Below are positions 16,467 to 24,907 of a stretch of DNA of 40,657 bases, one piece after another. The stretch is from contig JBGOFE010000049.1 in the NCBI GenBank assembly GCA_041447035.1, positions 1 through 40,657 of the forward strand. The letters run 5' to 3'. The stretch's first letter is position 1. Every line of letters starts with the position of its first letter. Origin of the DNA: Candidatus Fervidibacter sp. (GTDB taxonomy: Bacteria > Armatimonadota > Fervidibacteria > Fervidibacterales > Fervidibacteraceae). Both the position numbers and the translations under genes were made by a program. The notes beneath the pieces are model-generated. The model did no database searches. It was not told where the DNA came from and saw only the letters and a list, made by a program, of their open reading frames with translations.

Positions 16467-18083
16467 TCATGCCCAAACACCTTCTTCTTCGGCAGAGATG
16501 TGGCGAGACGGCGCAACGCTGGGCAGGCGCCGCCAAGGGGCGGTGAAGTCGGCGGGGTCGCGCCGCTGCCGCTGATTATCTTCGGCAAAAACGGCAAACT
16601 GCGCCAGGGCAATCCCTTGCTCCCACAGTTGCTGGCGAAGATGGGGCATTGCCGTTTGGATGGGTGCGGTCAACTCAGAATCGGGCACTTGCACGAGGAT
16701 GGACACCGTTGACATCGCTTGCCCTCGCCCTTCTGCCGCACTCTTTTCCAACTGAATGAGAACGCGCACGGACTTTTCACCATCGGCGGTCGGCACTTCG
16801 GCAGCAAGGCGATGAATGGATGACGGAACAGGAGCGGAAGATGGCTCGGAATGAGCCAAAGGACGAGGGACAGAGGAAGAGGGCAACGGATGGGAAGCAG
16901 AGGGGAAAGCAAAGAGAGCGTCGGAAGCAGGTTGGCTTGACAAAAGCGAAGGAACGGAGGATGCGGAATTCGCCTTGGAAGAAGAGGCACCGTTTAGCAC
17001 ATCCTTGAAAGGGCGCTCCCTCGTTGGCTTGGTCGTTCGTTCCGTCACTTCGCTGTCAGGGTGTGTCGGCGGCGAAGAGCGAAAAGGTGACAAGGCGTGT
17101 CCATCCACCTGCTTGCCTGTTTGCCTTCCTGTCAAGTTATCCACTTGCCCATCTTCCAAGTTACCGCCTTCGTCAATCGTTGCCCGATTGACTATCTGCC
17201 AGCCTATCCATCTGCTGCTCTGCCCATAGCCTACCCGCTCCCTTGTCCATTGAGCCAGTTGCTCTCGGAAGGCTTGCCAATAAGAGAGGACGCGCCGAAG
17301 GAAGGTTTGTGTTTCGGGATAAGGCGGCACACCTCCATAGCGGGCGACGGCGTTGGGTCCGGCGTTGTAAGCGGCGACGGCGAGGGTGACTTGAGCGTTA
17401 AAGTGTTCCAAAAGGTGCCGAAGGTAGCGAATGCCGCCGTCAATGTTTTGGGCGGGATTGAAAGGATCGGTGACGCCAAGGCTTTTTGCCGTTTCGGGCA
17501 TCAATTGCATCACACCCATCGCTCCCTTTGGGGAGCGGGCAAAGGGGTTGAAATTGCTCTCCGCCTTCGCCACCGCTAAGGCAAGGGCGGGGTCAACGCC
17601 GTATCGTTGGGCAGTCTGGATGATGAGGTGCTGAAGGTCCGATGAAGGCGGGGCAATGGAAGGCGCAGAGCCTATCTCGTCAACGGGCTGCGCGCTGGTG
17701 AGCGGCAAAGGGAATCCGTCGCGACTTTGGGGAACGCACAACGCATTGGCAAAAGAGGGGTTGAAAGCGACCGATTGTCCACCTCTAACGAAACTTTGCG
17801 AGAGGGGCGTTGGCATCGTCTTCGTCAACGCCGCTGCGACATGAGCGAGGAAGGGAGAAACCTGCATGCTCGCAGGCAACTGACCCAGCAGCATCGTGAG
17901 CCATTGGCTTTCTATCGTTTGCAGCCGTCCCAACAAAGCCAGCAACCCATCCGCCATGTGGGCAAGTCGGTCAGGATTTGTCCGCCATTCATCCGACAGG
18001 GATTGCCAAGTCGGAATGGCTTCATTGAGATGAGCGTCGCCCATAATGCCTCCCGTCAATGGCGAAAGGGACGGTAAAGTCAT
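16467..18083 (-). CDS. Lytic transglycosylase (SLT) domain fused to a probable FliK-like hook-length-control C-terminal domain
   Basis: SLT motifs AESNFNP (catalytic Glu), GVMQLMP, AAYNAG, PYPETQ at about residues 150-270; P/S-rich linker; C-terminal VSILVQV...LRQQLWEQGIALAQFAV resembles the FliK T3S4 domain; lies between fliJ and flgD. Confidence 0.75.
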   Translation of the reverse strand: MTLPSLSPLTGGIMGDAHLNEAIPTWQSLSDEWRTNPDRLAHMADGLLALLGRLQTIESQWLTMLLGQLPASMQVSPFLAHVAAALTKTMPTPLSQSFVRGGQSVAFNPSFANALCVPQSRDGFPLPLTSAQPVDEIGSAPSIAPPSSDLQHLIIQTAQRYGVDPALALAVAKAESNFNPFARSPKGAMGVMQLMPETAKSLGVTDPFNPAQNIDGGIRYLRHLLEHFNAQVTLAVAAYNAGPNAVARYGGVPPYPETQTFLRRVLSYWQAFREQLAQWTRERVGYGQSSRWIGWQIVNRATIDEGGNLEDGQVDNLTGRQTGKQVDGHALSPFRSSPPTHPDSEVTERTTKPTRERPFKDVLNGASSSKANSASSVPSLLSSQPASDALFAFPSASHPLPSSSVPRPLAHSEPSSAPVPSSIHRLAAEVPTADGEKSVRVLIQLEKSAAEGRGQAMSTVSILVQVPDSELTAPIQTAMPHLRQQLWEQGIALAQFAVFAEDNQRQRRDPADFTAPWRRLPSVAPSRHISAEEEGVWA

Positions 18084-18544
18084 TCCGCTTCCACTCCTTC
18101 GGCGTTGGCGACAGCGAAGTCCCGCAAGGCACGCTCATCGGCGTGGGCTTGCTCTTCCCGCAGAAATTCCGCCAGCCATTGTCGCCACGCCTTTTCTCGC
18201 AAATCTTCCAAGAGTTCACGGCGTCGGCGGCATTCGCGGTAAGCGACGAGTTTTGCGTTCACTTCCTGTTGCGCCTGAGCCACTTGGGCTTCAGCGAGCC
18301 TTCGTTGGCGTCCCAACAAGTCCAGTCGCTGCACCGCCAGCAGAAGGTCTTCGGGAGGAGTTTGTTCGGCAAGCAACTGGCGCAACTGGCGCATTGCCGC
18401 TTGCTGTTGGTCAATGAGTTGAGCCAAAGCATGCTCTCGCTCGCGCAATCGTGCTTGGGCTTGCCGTAACTGCCGCTCGGCTTGTTGCTCTTCCACCCGT
18501 CGCACTTTGAGCAAGTCCTCCAACGGAAAGCGAAAGCGCCGCAT
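18080..18544 (-). CDS. fliJ: Flagellar export protein FliJ
   Basis: FRFPLEDLLKVR N-terminus, long coiled coil, EEQAHADE C-terminus; follows fliI. Confidence 0.9.
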   Translation of the reverse strand: MRRFRFPLEDLLKVRRVEEQQAERQLRQAQARLREREHALAQLIDQQQAAMRQLRQLLAEQTPPEDLLLAVQRLDLLGRQRRLAEAQVAQAQQEVNAKLVAYRECRRRRELLEDLREKAWRQWLAEFLREEQAHADERALRDFAVANAEGVEAE

Positions 18545-18565
18545 CAACAATCGCCTCCTTACAGG

Positions 18566-19954
18566 CTATGCGGCTTGGCGTCCCACCGCCCGCTCTGCGA
18601 TGCGTTGCAGCCACTCCACCGTTTCGGCGAAGGACGAGGTTTCATCGCGCCCTTGTTGCAAAAACGCCAACAACTCATCCCGCAAAGAAAGGGCGATGTC
18701 CAAAGTGGGGTCATTGCCTTGTCGGTAAGCACCTAAACGGATGAGGGGTTCGTTGTCTCGCAAGGTTGCCAAGAGGGTGCGAGCAACTTGGGCGGCTTGA
18801 TAATGGTCGGACGAGACGACTTCAGGCATCACCCGACTGAGAGAAGCCAAGACATCAATGGGCGGAAGGTGTCCCCGCTCGGACAAGGCTCGCGAAAGGA
18901 CGATATGTCCGTCCAGAATGGAACGGGCATGGTCGGCAATCGGTTCATTCAAGTCGTCGCCCTCCACCAACACCGTCACCATCGCCGTGATGGAGCCATG
19001 CTCACTTCGCCCTGCCCGTTCCAAAAAGCGGGGCATCATCGCAAAAACCGACGGCGTGTAGCCGCGAGAAGTGGGCGGTTCGCCGATTGCCAATCCCACT
19101 TCTCGTCCTGCCATCGCCCATCGCGTCAGGCTGTCCATGACGAACAAGACATCTGCGCCTTGGTCGCGGAAGAACTCGGCGATTGTCATCGCCACAAGAG
19201 CACCTTTCAGCCGAGCGATGGGGGGTTGGTCAGAAGTAGCGACGACGACAACGGAGCGTTTCAACCCTTCCTCTCCCAATTGCCGTTCCAAAAACTCCCG
19301 AACTTCTCGTCCTCGTTCGCCGATAAGGGCGATGACAGTGACATCGGCTTGGGCGAAACGAGCCAGCATGCCTAACAGCGTGGATTTGCCGACACCACTG
19401 CCGGCGAAAATGCCGACCCGCTGCCCTTTGCCCAAAGTCAGCAATCCGTCAATGGCTCGGACACCGACTGGCAAGGGTTCTTGGATGAGAGGGCGTTGCA
19501 AGGGAGATGGGGGATTGTTGTGGATGGGACGCTCTTCACCGCTGGGCAGGGGCTTGTCGTCCAACGGACGACCTAAGCCATCCAAGACGCGCCCGATCAA
19601 CTGTTCGCTGACGGTCACTTGAAGGCTGCGGTGGGTCAACCGCACCTTGGCGCCGACGCGCAGACCTGTCAAGTCGCCCAGCGGCATCAGCAAAGTCGCA
19701 TCATCGCGGAAACCGACGACTTCCGCCAACAACGGCTCAGGTTCGCACTCAATAACCACTAACTCGCCGACGAAGGCAGAGGGACAAACACTTTCCAAAA
19801 CCAAGCCTGTCGCTTGAGTCAATCGCCCAAAGACGCCGCTGAAATTGCCTTGCCGCAAGCGTTGGCGCATTTGAACCAACCGCCCTACTTTCTCCTCGCC
19901 GTTGACATAAAGCCCTTTGCTGTCAGTGATGCGCCGCTCGCCGTTTGCCGCCAT
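18566..19954 (-). CDS. fliI: Flagellar export ATPase FliI
   Basis: GIFAGSGVGKS, IGERGRE, MDSLTR, ILDGHIVL; start moved to ATG 19954 just after the fliH stop. Confidence 0.96.
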   Translation of the reverse strand: MAANGERRITDSKGLYVNGEEKVGRLVQMRQRLRQGNFSGVFGRLTQATGLVLESVCPSAFVGELVVIECEPEPLLAEVVGFRDDATLLMPLGDLTGLRVGAKVRLTHRSLQVTVSEQLIGRVLDGLGRPLDDKPLPSGEERPIHNNPPSPLQRPLIQEPLPVGVRAIDGLLTLGKGQRVGIFAGSGVGKSTLLGMLARFAQADVTVIALIGERGREVREFLERQLGEEGLKRSVVVVATSDQPPIARLKGALVAMTIAEFFRDQGADVLFVMDSLTRWAMAGREVGLAIGEPPTSRGYTPSVFAMMPRFLERAGRSEHGSITAMVTVLVEGDDLNEPIADHARSILDGHIVLSRALSERGHLPPIDVLASLSRVMPEVVSSDHYQAAQVARTLLATLRDNEPLIRLGAYRQGNDPTLDIALSLRDELLAFLQQGRDETSSFAETVEWLQRIAERAVGRQAA

Positions 19955-19955
19955 C

Positions 19956-20621
19956 TCACAACACCTCAGCACGCAACAAAGTGAACTTCGTGGACGGTTG
20001 CAAATCCACGACGCCTTGTTCGCTCTCCGCCACGACGCCACCTCGTTCCACACTCTCGTCGGCGACAAAGCGCACCGACAACCCTTCGTCCCTCAAATCC
20101 AGCAAAGGGAAGGAAGATTCCAAAAGGGCAAAGTCGTGGGGATGAAGGCGGACAGTGATGGTTCCGCCTCGCAATTCCTGCAGGGCTTTGATGACAGCAT
20201 GGCGGACGACTTCTGGGTTGCTGGTGACCTCCACTTCCACGACCTTCCGAGCAATTTCCAACGCCAGTTCTGTCAGCAAATCTTCCATGCGCGCCATCAG
20301 GTGAGCGATCTCACCGCGCAAGGAGTCTCCCAAAGCGGCGACGAGTTGTTCCACTTGTTGGCGCCATTGTTGGCGTTCCTGTTCGTGCTGGCGCTCCACC
20401 GCCGCTACGCCCATGCGGTAGCCCTCTTGCTGACCGGCAAGGAAGCCGTCGCGGTAGCCTATCTCATAGCCCTCGCGGCGACTTTGTTCAATGGCGGATG
20501 TCAATTCCTCGTGTGTCAAGCCCGGTGAAGAGCCGTTGGCAGTCGGGATAGCCAGTAGTTGGTCATCATGCTCCCAAGGGATGGGTTGAGGTCGGTAAGT
20601 AGGTTGGCGCAAAATGGGCAT
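19956..20621 (-). CDS. fliH: Flagellar assembly protein FliH
   Basis: GxxxG repeats (GYEIGYRDGFLAGQQEGYRMG), VRLHPHD, ERGGVV. Confidence 0.92.
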   Translation of the reverse strand: MPILRQPTYRPQPIPWEHDDQLLAIPTANGSSPGLTHEELTSAIEQSRREGYEIGYRDGFLAGQQEGYRMGVAAVERQHEQERQQWRQQVEQLVAALGDSLRGEIAHLMARMEDLLTELALEIARKVVEVEVTSNPEVVRHAVIKALQELRGGTITVRLHPHDFALLESSFPLLDLRDEGLSVRFVADESVERGGVVAESEQGVVDLQPSTKFTLLRAEVL

Positions 20622-21727
20622 TAGACCAACACCTCCTCGCCGCCGCGTGGGACGGCGATTTCGCCCGCTTCCTCCAAACGGCGCACGATGTCCACGACGC
20701 GCCGTTGCGCCATCGTCACTTCCCGCAAGCGCACAGGACCCATGTAGTCCATCTCCTCCCGCAAGATGGTGGCGGCGCGTTGGGACATGTTGCGGAAAAT
20801 TTTCTCCTTGACTTCCTCGCTGGCACCCTTGAGGGCAACGGCTAACTCGCGCATGTCTACCTCCCGAAGGACGCGCTGAAGGGAACGGTCGTCCAGTTTG
20901 ACCAAATCCTCAAAGGTGAACATGGCTTGTTGCACCCGCTCCGCCAACTCGGCATCCCGCTGCTCCAAAGCGTTCAGGATTTCTTGGTAAACCTCTCTGG
21001 GCACATTGCTCAGGATTTGGGTGAGGACTTGCAAGCCGTTGAAGCGGGTCATCGTTCGCCCAGCCGTCGGTGTCACGATCTCTTTCAGCGAAGCCCGCAA
21101 GGTTTCCAAGACTTCTTCGGGGGGTGCTTCCGTGATGAGCAAACGAAAGGCGACTTCGGCGCGCAGTTCAGGCGACAATTCGCCCAACACCGCCGCCCCG
21201 TGACTAACGGGCAAAATGCTCAACAACAAAGCGATTGCCTGCGGGTTTTCATTGCGCACCAACTCCACGACTTGTTGGGGAGGCACTTGACTCAGTCTCG
21301 CCAACAACTCGGCGTCGTCTTTGGATTCCGTCGGCTCTGCCAACAGGGCTTCCAAGCGTGACCAAAGCGCTGTCCCTTGATGGACGCCAAAGGCTTGCAA
21401 GAGCAAATTGCGCACTTTCGCTAACCCACCCGTAACAACGGGCTGGGGCTCGGCGATGCGTTGTAATCCCTCTTGAAGCAACTCTTGGACTATTCGGTCG
21501 CTCACCGTGCCCAACCGTGCCATCTCGCCCAGCAGTTTTTCCACCTCGGCTTCGTCTAAATGACGCAAAACACCTGCTGCTTCTTCTGGCGACAGCAAGG
21601 AGAGCAAAATCGCCGCCTTGCGTAGCCCTGTCAGCGGCGGTTGCGACGGCTTGTTGGTTGGCGACGGTGTGTTGGCAATTCCTCGCTCCTCGCTTGTCAA
21701 TCGTTGCCGTTCTGCAGTCGTCTCCAT
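20621..21727 (-). CDS. fliG: Flagellar motor switch protein FliG
   Basis: KAAILL, ENPQAIAL, MFTFEDL, NMSQRAA, GPVRLREV. Confidence 0.96.
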   Translation of the reverse strand: METTAERQRLTSEERGIANTPSPTNKPSQPPLTGLRKAAILLSLLSPEEAAGVLRHLDEAEVEKLLGEMARLGTVSDRIVQELLQEGLQRIAEPQPVVTGGLAKVRNLLLQAFGVHQGTALWSRLEALLAEPTESKDDAELLARLSQVPPQQVVELVRNENPQAIALLLSILPVSHGAAVLGELSPELRAEVAFRLLITEAPPEEVLETLRASLKEIVTPTAGRTMTRFNGLQVLTQILSNVPREVYQEILNALEQRDAELAERVQQAMFTFEDLVKLDDRSLQRVLREVDMRELAVALKGASEEVKEKIFRNMSQRAATILREEMDYMGPVRLREVTMAQRRVVDIVRRLEEAGEIAVPRGGEEVLV

Positions 21728-21729
21728 CC

Positions 21730-23280
21730 CTAACGCCCTCCGTTCGTTCGCTGGCTAACGGCGTCTTCAGCGAGCCAAGAGCGCAAGACTTCAGCGACGC
21801 GGTTGGGCGACTCGCGGGCGATTTGTCGCAATTGCTCCAATGGAGCGGGTTTGGGAGAGACTTCGGTTGGAACGGGCATTTCCGCAGAAGGCGACGGCTC
21901 GGACAGAGGCAGGGCAGGGGGCGCCCCCTGACGCCGACGACGCCATGCCACGAAGAGGGAAAGAGGGATGAATAGCCCCAAAGCGGCGGCTATTAGCCAT
22001 CCCCAAGGAAGGGTCGGCGCCTTATGGGGGCGTCCCCGCCCCGAACGAGGGATGCCTGCAGGACGCTCCGCCCGAACTGGCACGACGGCGACCGTATCGC
22101 CCCGCGCCGCATCCAACCCGATCGCCGCACTGACGGCTTGCCGCAAAGCCGCTTGCTCTGCGGGTGTCAATGTCCCTCGCACCAAAACGGCGACAGAAAC
22201 CCGACGAATAGTCCCAGGCAAAGTTTCCACGCGTTCTATGCGCTTGGAGACCCGATACTCCGTCTTGCGCTCCGATTTGGTGTAACTGCCCCCCAACAAA
22301 GTGACAGGCAAAGGAGGGGTCAATTGCAAGTTCGTCGCCGCTCCGGCTGCGCCGGCGGTCACGGGAGCACCTTGGCTTTGGTAACTTTCCTGCGTCTCGG
22401 AGTGGGTGAGGGGGATGCCTTGAGCGCCCCCTTCTGTCGGCAGGTAAAGTTCGCTTTCTGTCTTTCGGGCGTCAGTGGCTAACTCCACGCTCACTTGCAC
22501 CGAGGCTTTTCCAGCCCCCAAAGTGCGGTCTAACAACTCTTGCAAACGATGCTCCATTTGCCGCTCCGCCTGCCAACGAAGGCTCAGAAATTCACCAGCG
22601 CTTGTCAACCCATGATTTGGCGCTCCTTCCGCCCAGACCAAATTGCCCTGCGTATCTAAGACGACGACATTTTCGGGTTTCAGCCCTTCAACGGCGCGAG
22701 AGACGAGGAAGACGATGGCTTGGGCTTGCTCTTTGGAGAGGGAACGCCCCGGTTTGAGGGCAACGACGACGGAAGCGCTGGGCTCTTTTTGCCGTTCCTC
22801 AAAAACGGTCGGTTGGGGCAGATTGAGATGGACGCGGGCATTGGCGATGGGCTCTAAGGTGGCGATGGAACGAGCCAACTCTCCCTGCAACGCTCGCCAG
22901 TAATTGGTGCGCTGCAAAAAGTCAGAAGTCGCTAAAGAGGCTTGGTCTAACAGTTCAAACCCTTTCACCGCAAACGCCCCCGTTTTGGGCAAGCCCGCTT
23001 GCGCCAGTGTCATACGGGCAACGGCAACTTTTTCGCTGGGCACGAGCAATGCCCCGTCCTCACTGCGGGTCTGATAAGGGACTCCGACCCTTGACAGTTC
23101 CACGGAGGCTGCTGTCAGGTCATCGGGCGAAAGGTGGCTATAAAGGGTCACCCACGCCTCTTGTCGCCCCAAAAGCGAGATTGCCAGCACTAACCCGATG
23201 ACTCCAGCGCCACCGAGCGCCATCCCTATCCGCTTTCGTTCTGGTGAAAGGCTCTGCCACCAGAGCCGTAGCCGCTCCAA
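21730..23280 (-). CDS. fliF: MS-ring protein FliF
   Basis: Two TM segments, GFELLD, RALQGELARSI, ARVHL, PSASVVV, RGDTVAV; TTG start. Confidence 0.94.
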   Translation of the reverse strand: MERLRLWWQSLSPERKRIGMALGGAGVIGLVLAISLLGRQEAWVTLYSHLSPDDLTAASVELSRVGVPYQTRSEDGALLVPSEKVAVARMTLAQAGLPKTGAFAVKGFELLDQASLATSDFLQRTNYWRALQGELARSIATLEPIANARVHLNLPQPTVFEERQKEPSASVVVALKPGRSLSKEQAQAIVFLVSRAVEGLKPENVVVLDTQGNLVWAEGAPNHGLTSAGEFLSLRWQAERQMEHRLQELLDRTLGAGKASVQVSVELATDARKTESELYLPTEGGAQGIPLTHSETQESYQSQGAPVTAGAAGAATNLQLTPPLPVTLLGGSYTKSERKTEYRVSKRIERVETLPGTIRRVSVAVLVRGTLTPAEQAALRQAVSAAIGLDAARGDTVAVVPVRAERPAGIPRSGRGRPHKAPTLPWGWLIAAALGLFIPLSLFVAWRRRRQGAPPALPLSEPSPSAEMPVPTEVSPKPAPLEQLRQIARESPNRVAEVLRSWLAEDAVSQRTNGGR

Positions 23281-23335
23281 GCCCCATCACCGCCCAAGCG
23301 AGATGCGGCAACTTTCCTGCCCCCACCCTTGACGG

Positions 23336-23629
23336 CTACAACGGCATCCGCGTCAACTCCTGATAGGCTTCCAGCAGCCGATTGCGCACAGAAAGGAGCA
23401 ACTGAAAAGAAAGGTTTGCCTTTTCCGCTGCCAGCAAAATTTCGTGCAACTCCACTGGCTCACCCACTAACAAGCGCCGCTTGAGTTCCGTCAATCGCTC
23501 ATCGTTCGTCTCCACTTCCCGCAAAAGACCCCGCAGGCTCTCAGCAAACAGTTCCGTTACTTGTGCTGCTGGCTGCCTCGTTTCCCTCGGCTGTTCAGGT
23601 GTCAGTTCTTTGATGGCTTCTACGGGCAT
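23336..23629 (-). CDS. fliE: Hook-basal body protein FliE
   Basis: LHEILLAAEKANLSFQ...VRNRLLEAYQELTRMPL. Confidence 0.94.
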   Translation of the reverse strand: MPVEAIKELTPEQPRETRQPAAQVTELFAESLRGLLREVETNDERLTELKRRLLVGEPVELHEILLAAEKANLSFQLLLSVRNRLLEAYQELTRMPL

Positions 23630-23649
23630 GAGATAAGCCCCCTTTTCGC

Positions 23650-24045
23650 TTACCGCAGCAAATCCAAGGTTTGCTGGAGCATTTGTCGCTGCAGCGAGAA
23701 GGCTTGGGCGTTGAGTTCGTAGCCCCGTGTCGCCGCCATCAAATCCACCATCTCCAAGACGGGATGGACATTGGGCAAGCGGACATAGCCGTTGGCATCG
23801 GCATCGGGATGAGCGGGGTCGTAAACGAGGCGGAAAGGCGAAGGGTCATCAATGATGGCGGCAACCCGAACACCTAAGCCCTCTTGCATCAACACGACCA
23901 ACTTGCGGCGAAAAGGCTCGCCCGAAGGCGTGCGGGTCGTCTCGGCGTTAGCGATGTTGACCGCCACGACCTCTTGCCATAGCCGATGAGCGCCCATTCC
24001 GCTGGCACTGACCTCCAAACCCTGAAACACCGCCATCAGCAACAC
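23650..24045 (-). CDS. flgC: Basal-body rod protein FlgC
   Basis: SASGM...NIANAETT, YDPAHPDADANGYVRLPNV, EMVDL. Confidence 0.95.
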   Translation of the reverse strand: MLLMAVFQGLEVSASGMGAHRLWQEVVAVNIANAETTRTPSGEPFRRKLVVLMQEGLGVRVAAIIDDPSPFRLVYDPAHPDADANGYVRLPNVHPVLEMVDLMAATRGYELNAQAFSLQRQMLQQTLDLLR

Positions 24046-24056
24046 CCCCTAAAGGC

Positions 24057-24419
24057 TCAAGACCGACGCCCTTCGGTGATGGCAGCCCGCAGTTGCGAAA
24101 GGTCTTTAGCCAGCAACTGCAGCGTCGTCCGATAAAGCAAAGCCGTCTCCGTTAAAGCAGCCAACTCCCGTTCAGGGGAGGTGTTGTTGCCATCCGCCCG
24201 AAGCGGCGGCGCCAAGTCCACCTGAGCGGGCAAACTCTCCGCTCCCTTTGTCCCTCCCTCCGCCAACATCGCCCGCATCACCGCATGGAAGGGCACATCT
24301 CGCCGCAGGTAATTGGGTGTGCTGGCGTTGGCGAGGTTGCCTGCCAGCACTTTCGCCCGAACCGTCAGGACATCTAACGCCCTCTCCAAACCGACCGACG
24401 CCATCGCCCTCGTCACCAT
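24057..24419 (-). CDS. flgB: Basal-body rod protein FlgB
   Basis: AGNLANASTPNYLRRDV and RADGNNT motifs; first gene of the operon; start ATG 24419 or 24404. Confidence 0.92.
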   Translation of the reverse strand: MVTRAMASVGLERALDVLTVRAKVLAGNLANASTPNYLRRDVPFHAVMRAMLAEGGTKGAESLPAQVDLAPPLRADGNNTSPERELAALTETALLYRTTLQLLAKDLSQLRAAITEGRRS

Positions 24420-24440
24420 CCCTGACTTAGTTTCGCTTAA

Positions 24441-24490
24441 ATTCTGCCGAGGAAGGGGTTTGGCGTCAATAGGGATTTTTAGGGATTTTC
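24441..24490 (-). promoter_or_regulatory. sigma70-type promoter of the flgB operon with upstream tandem repeat
   Basis: TTGACG (24469-24464), 17 bp, CAGAAT (24446-24441); AAAATCCCT repeated twice with 10-bp period directly upstream of the -35. Confidence 0.55.
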
Positions 24491-24624
24491 CCGCCACTTT
24501 TGCCCATTTTGATGAGACCGTTGACGGAGATGGTCAGAAAACCCTTTGGAGGAGGCGTCAGGGGCAACCTTGCGCTTTCAGAAGGGCGCTGTCGTCAGGC
24601 TTTGACTCTTCTGCCGACCGAGGC

Positions 24625-24844
24625 GAGGGTGTTCAGAAAGTCATGGGATTAGTGTTGTGCGTCGTGGTTGGTAGCCACTCCAACAAGGAGGGGTAACCCG
24701 ACGCTCTCTTCGCCTTCGCTGCAAACCTGACGCTCCTTCTGACCCTCTGTTGGAGCGGTTATTAGCCGCGAAAATGGCGATGCGACATTGGCAATGTCCG
24801 CTGCAACGAACAGCGGTTTATTCACGGCGCGACTTTCCGAACAC
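24625..24844. mobile_element. MITE-like element copy 2 (most complete)
   Basis: GTGTTCAGAAAGTC (24629-24642) and GACTTTCCGAACAC (24831-24844) are 13/14 inverted repeats; internal REP-like palindromes at 24661-24684, 24749-24771 and 24781-24807; no credible ORF. Confidence 0.7.
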
Positions 24845-24907
24845 AATTTCCCCGACCTGCCGACCTGCCCAACTCCCGACTTGCCGACAATTTAGGCTCG
24901 CCCGCCC

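Noticed and set aside
24420-24625. c-di-GMP (GEMM) riboswitch upstream of flgB, as in some Firmicutes
   Set aside because: I could not find the GEMM-I P2/P3 signature, and the predicted promoter leaves only a very short leader; an Infernal scan would be decisive.
24625-24844. C. difficile-style invertible flagellar switch upstream of flgB
   Set aside because: The same inverted ends and internal sequence recur at two other loci, the element lies upstream of the predicted promoter, and no recombinase is nearby. A MITE is the simpler reading; orientation heterogeneity in reads would reopen this.
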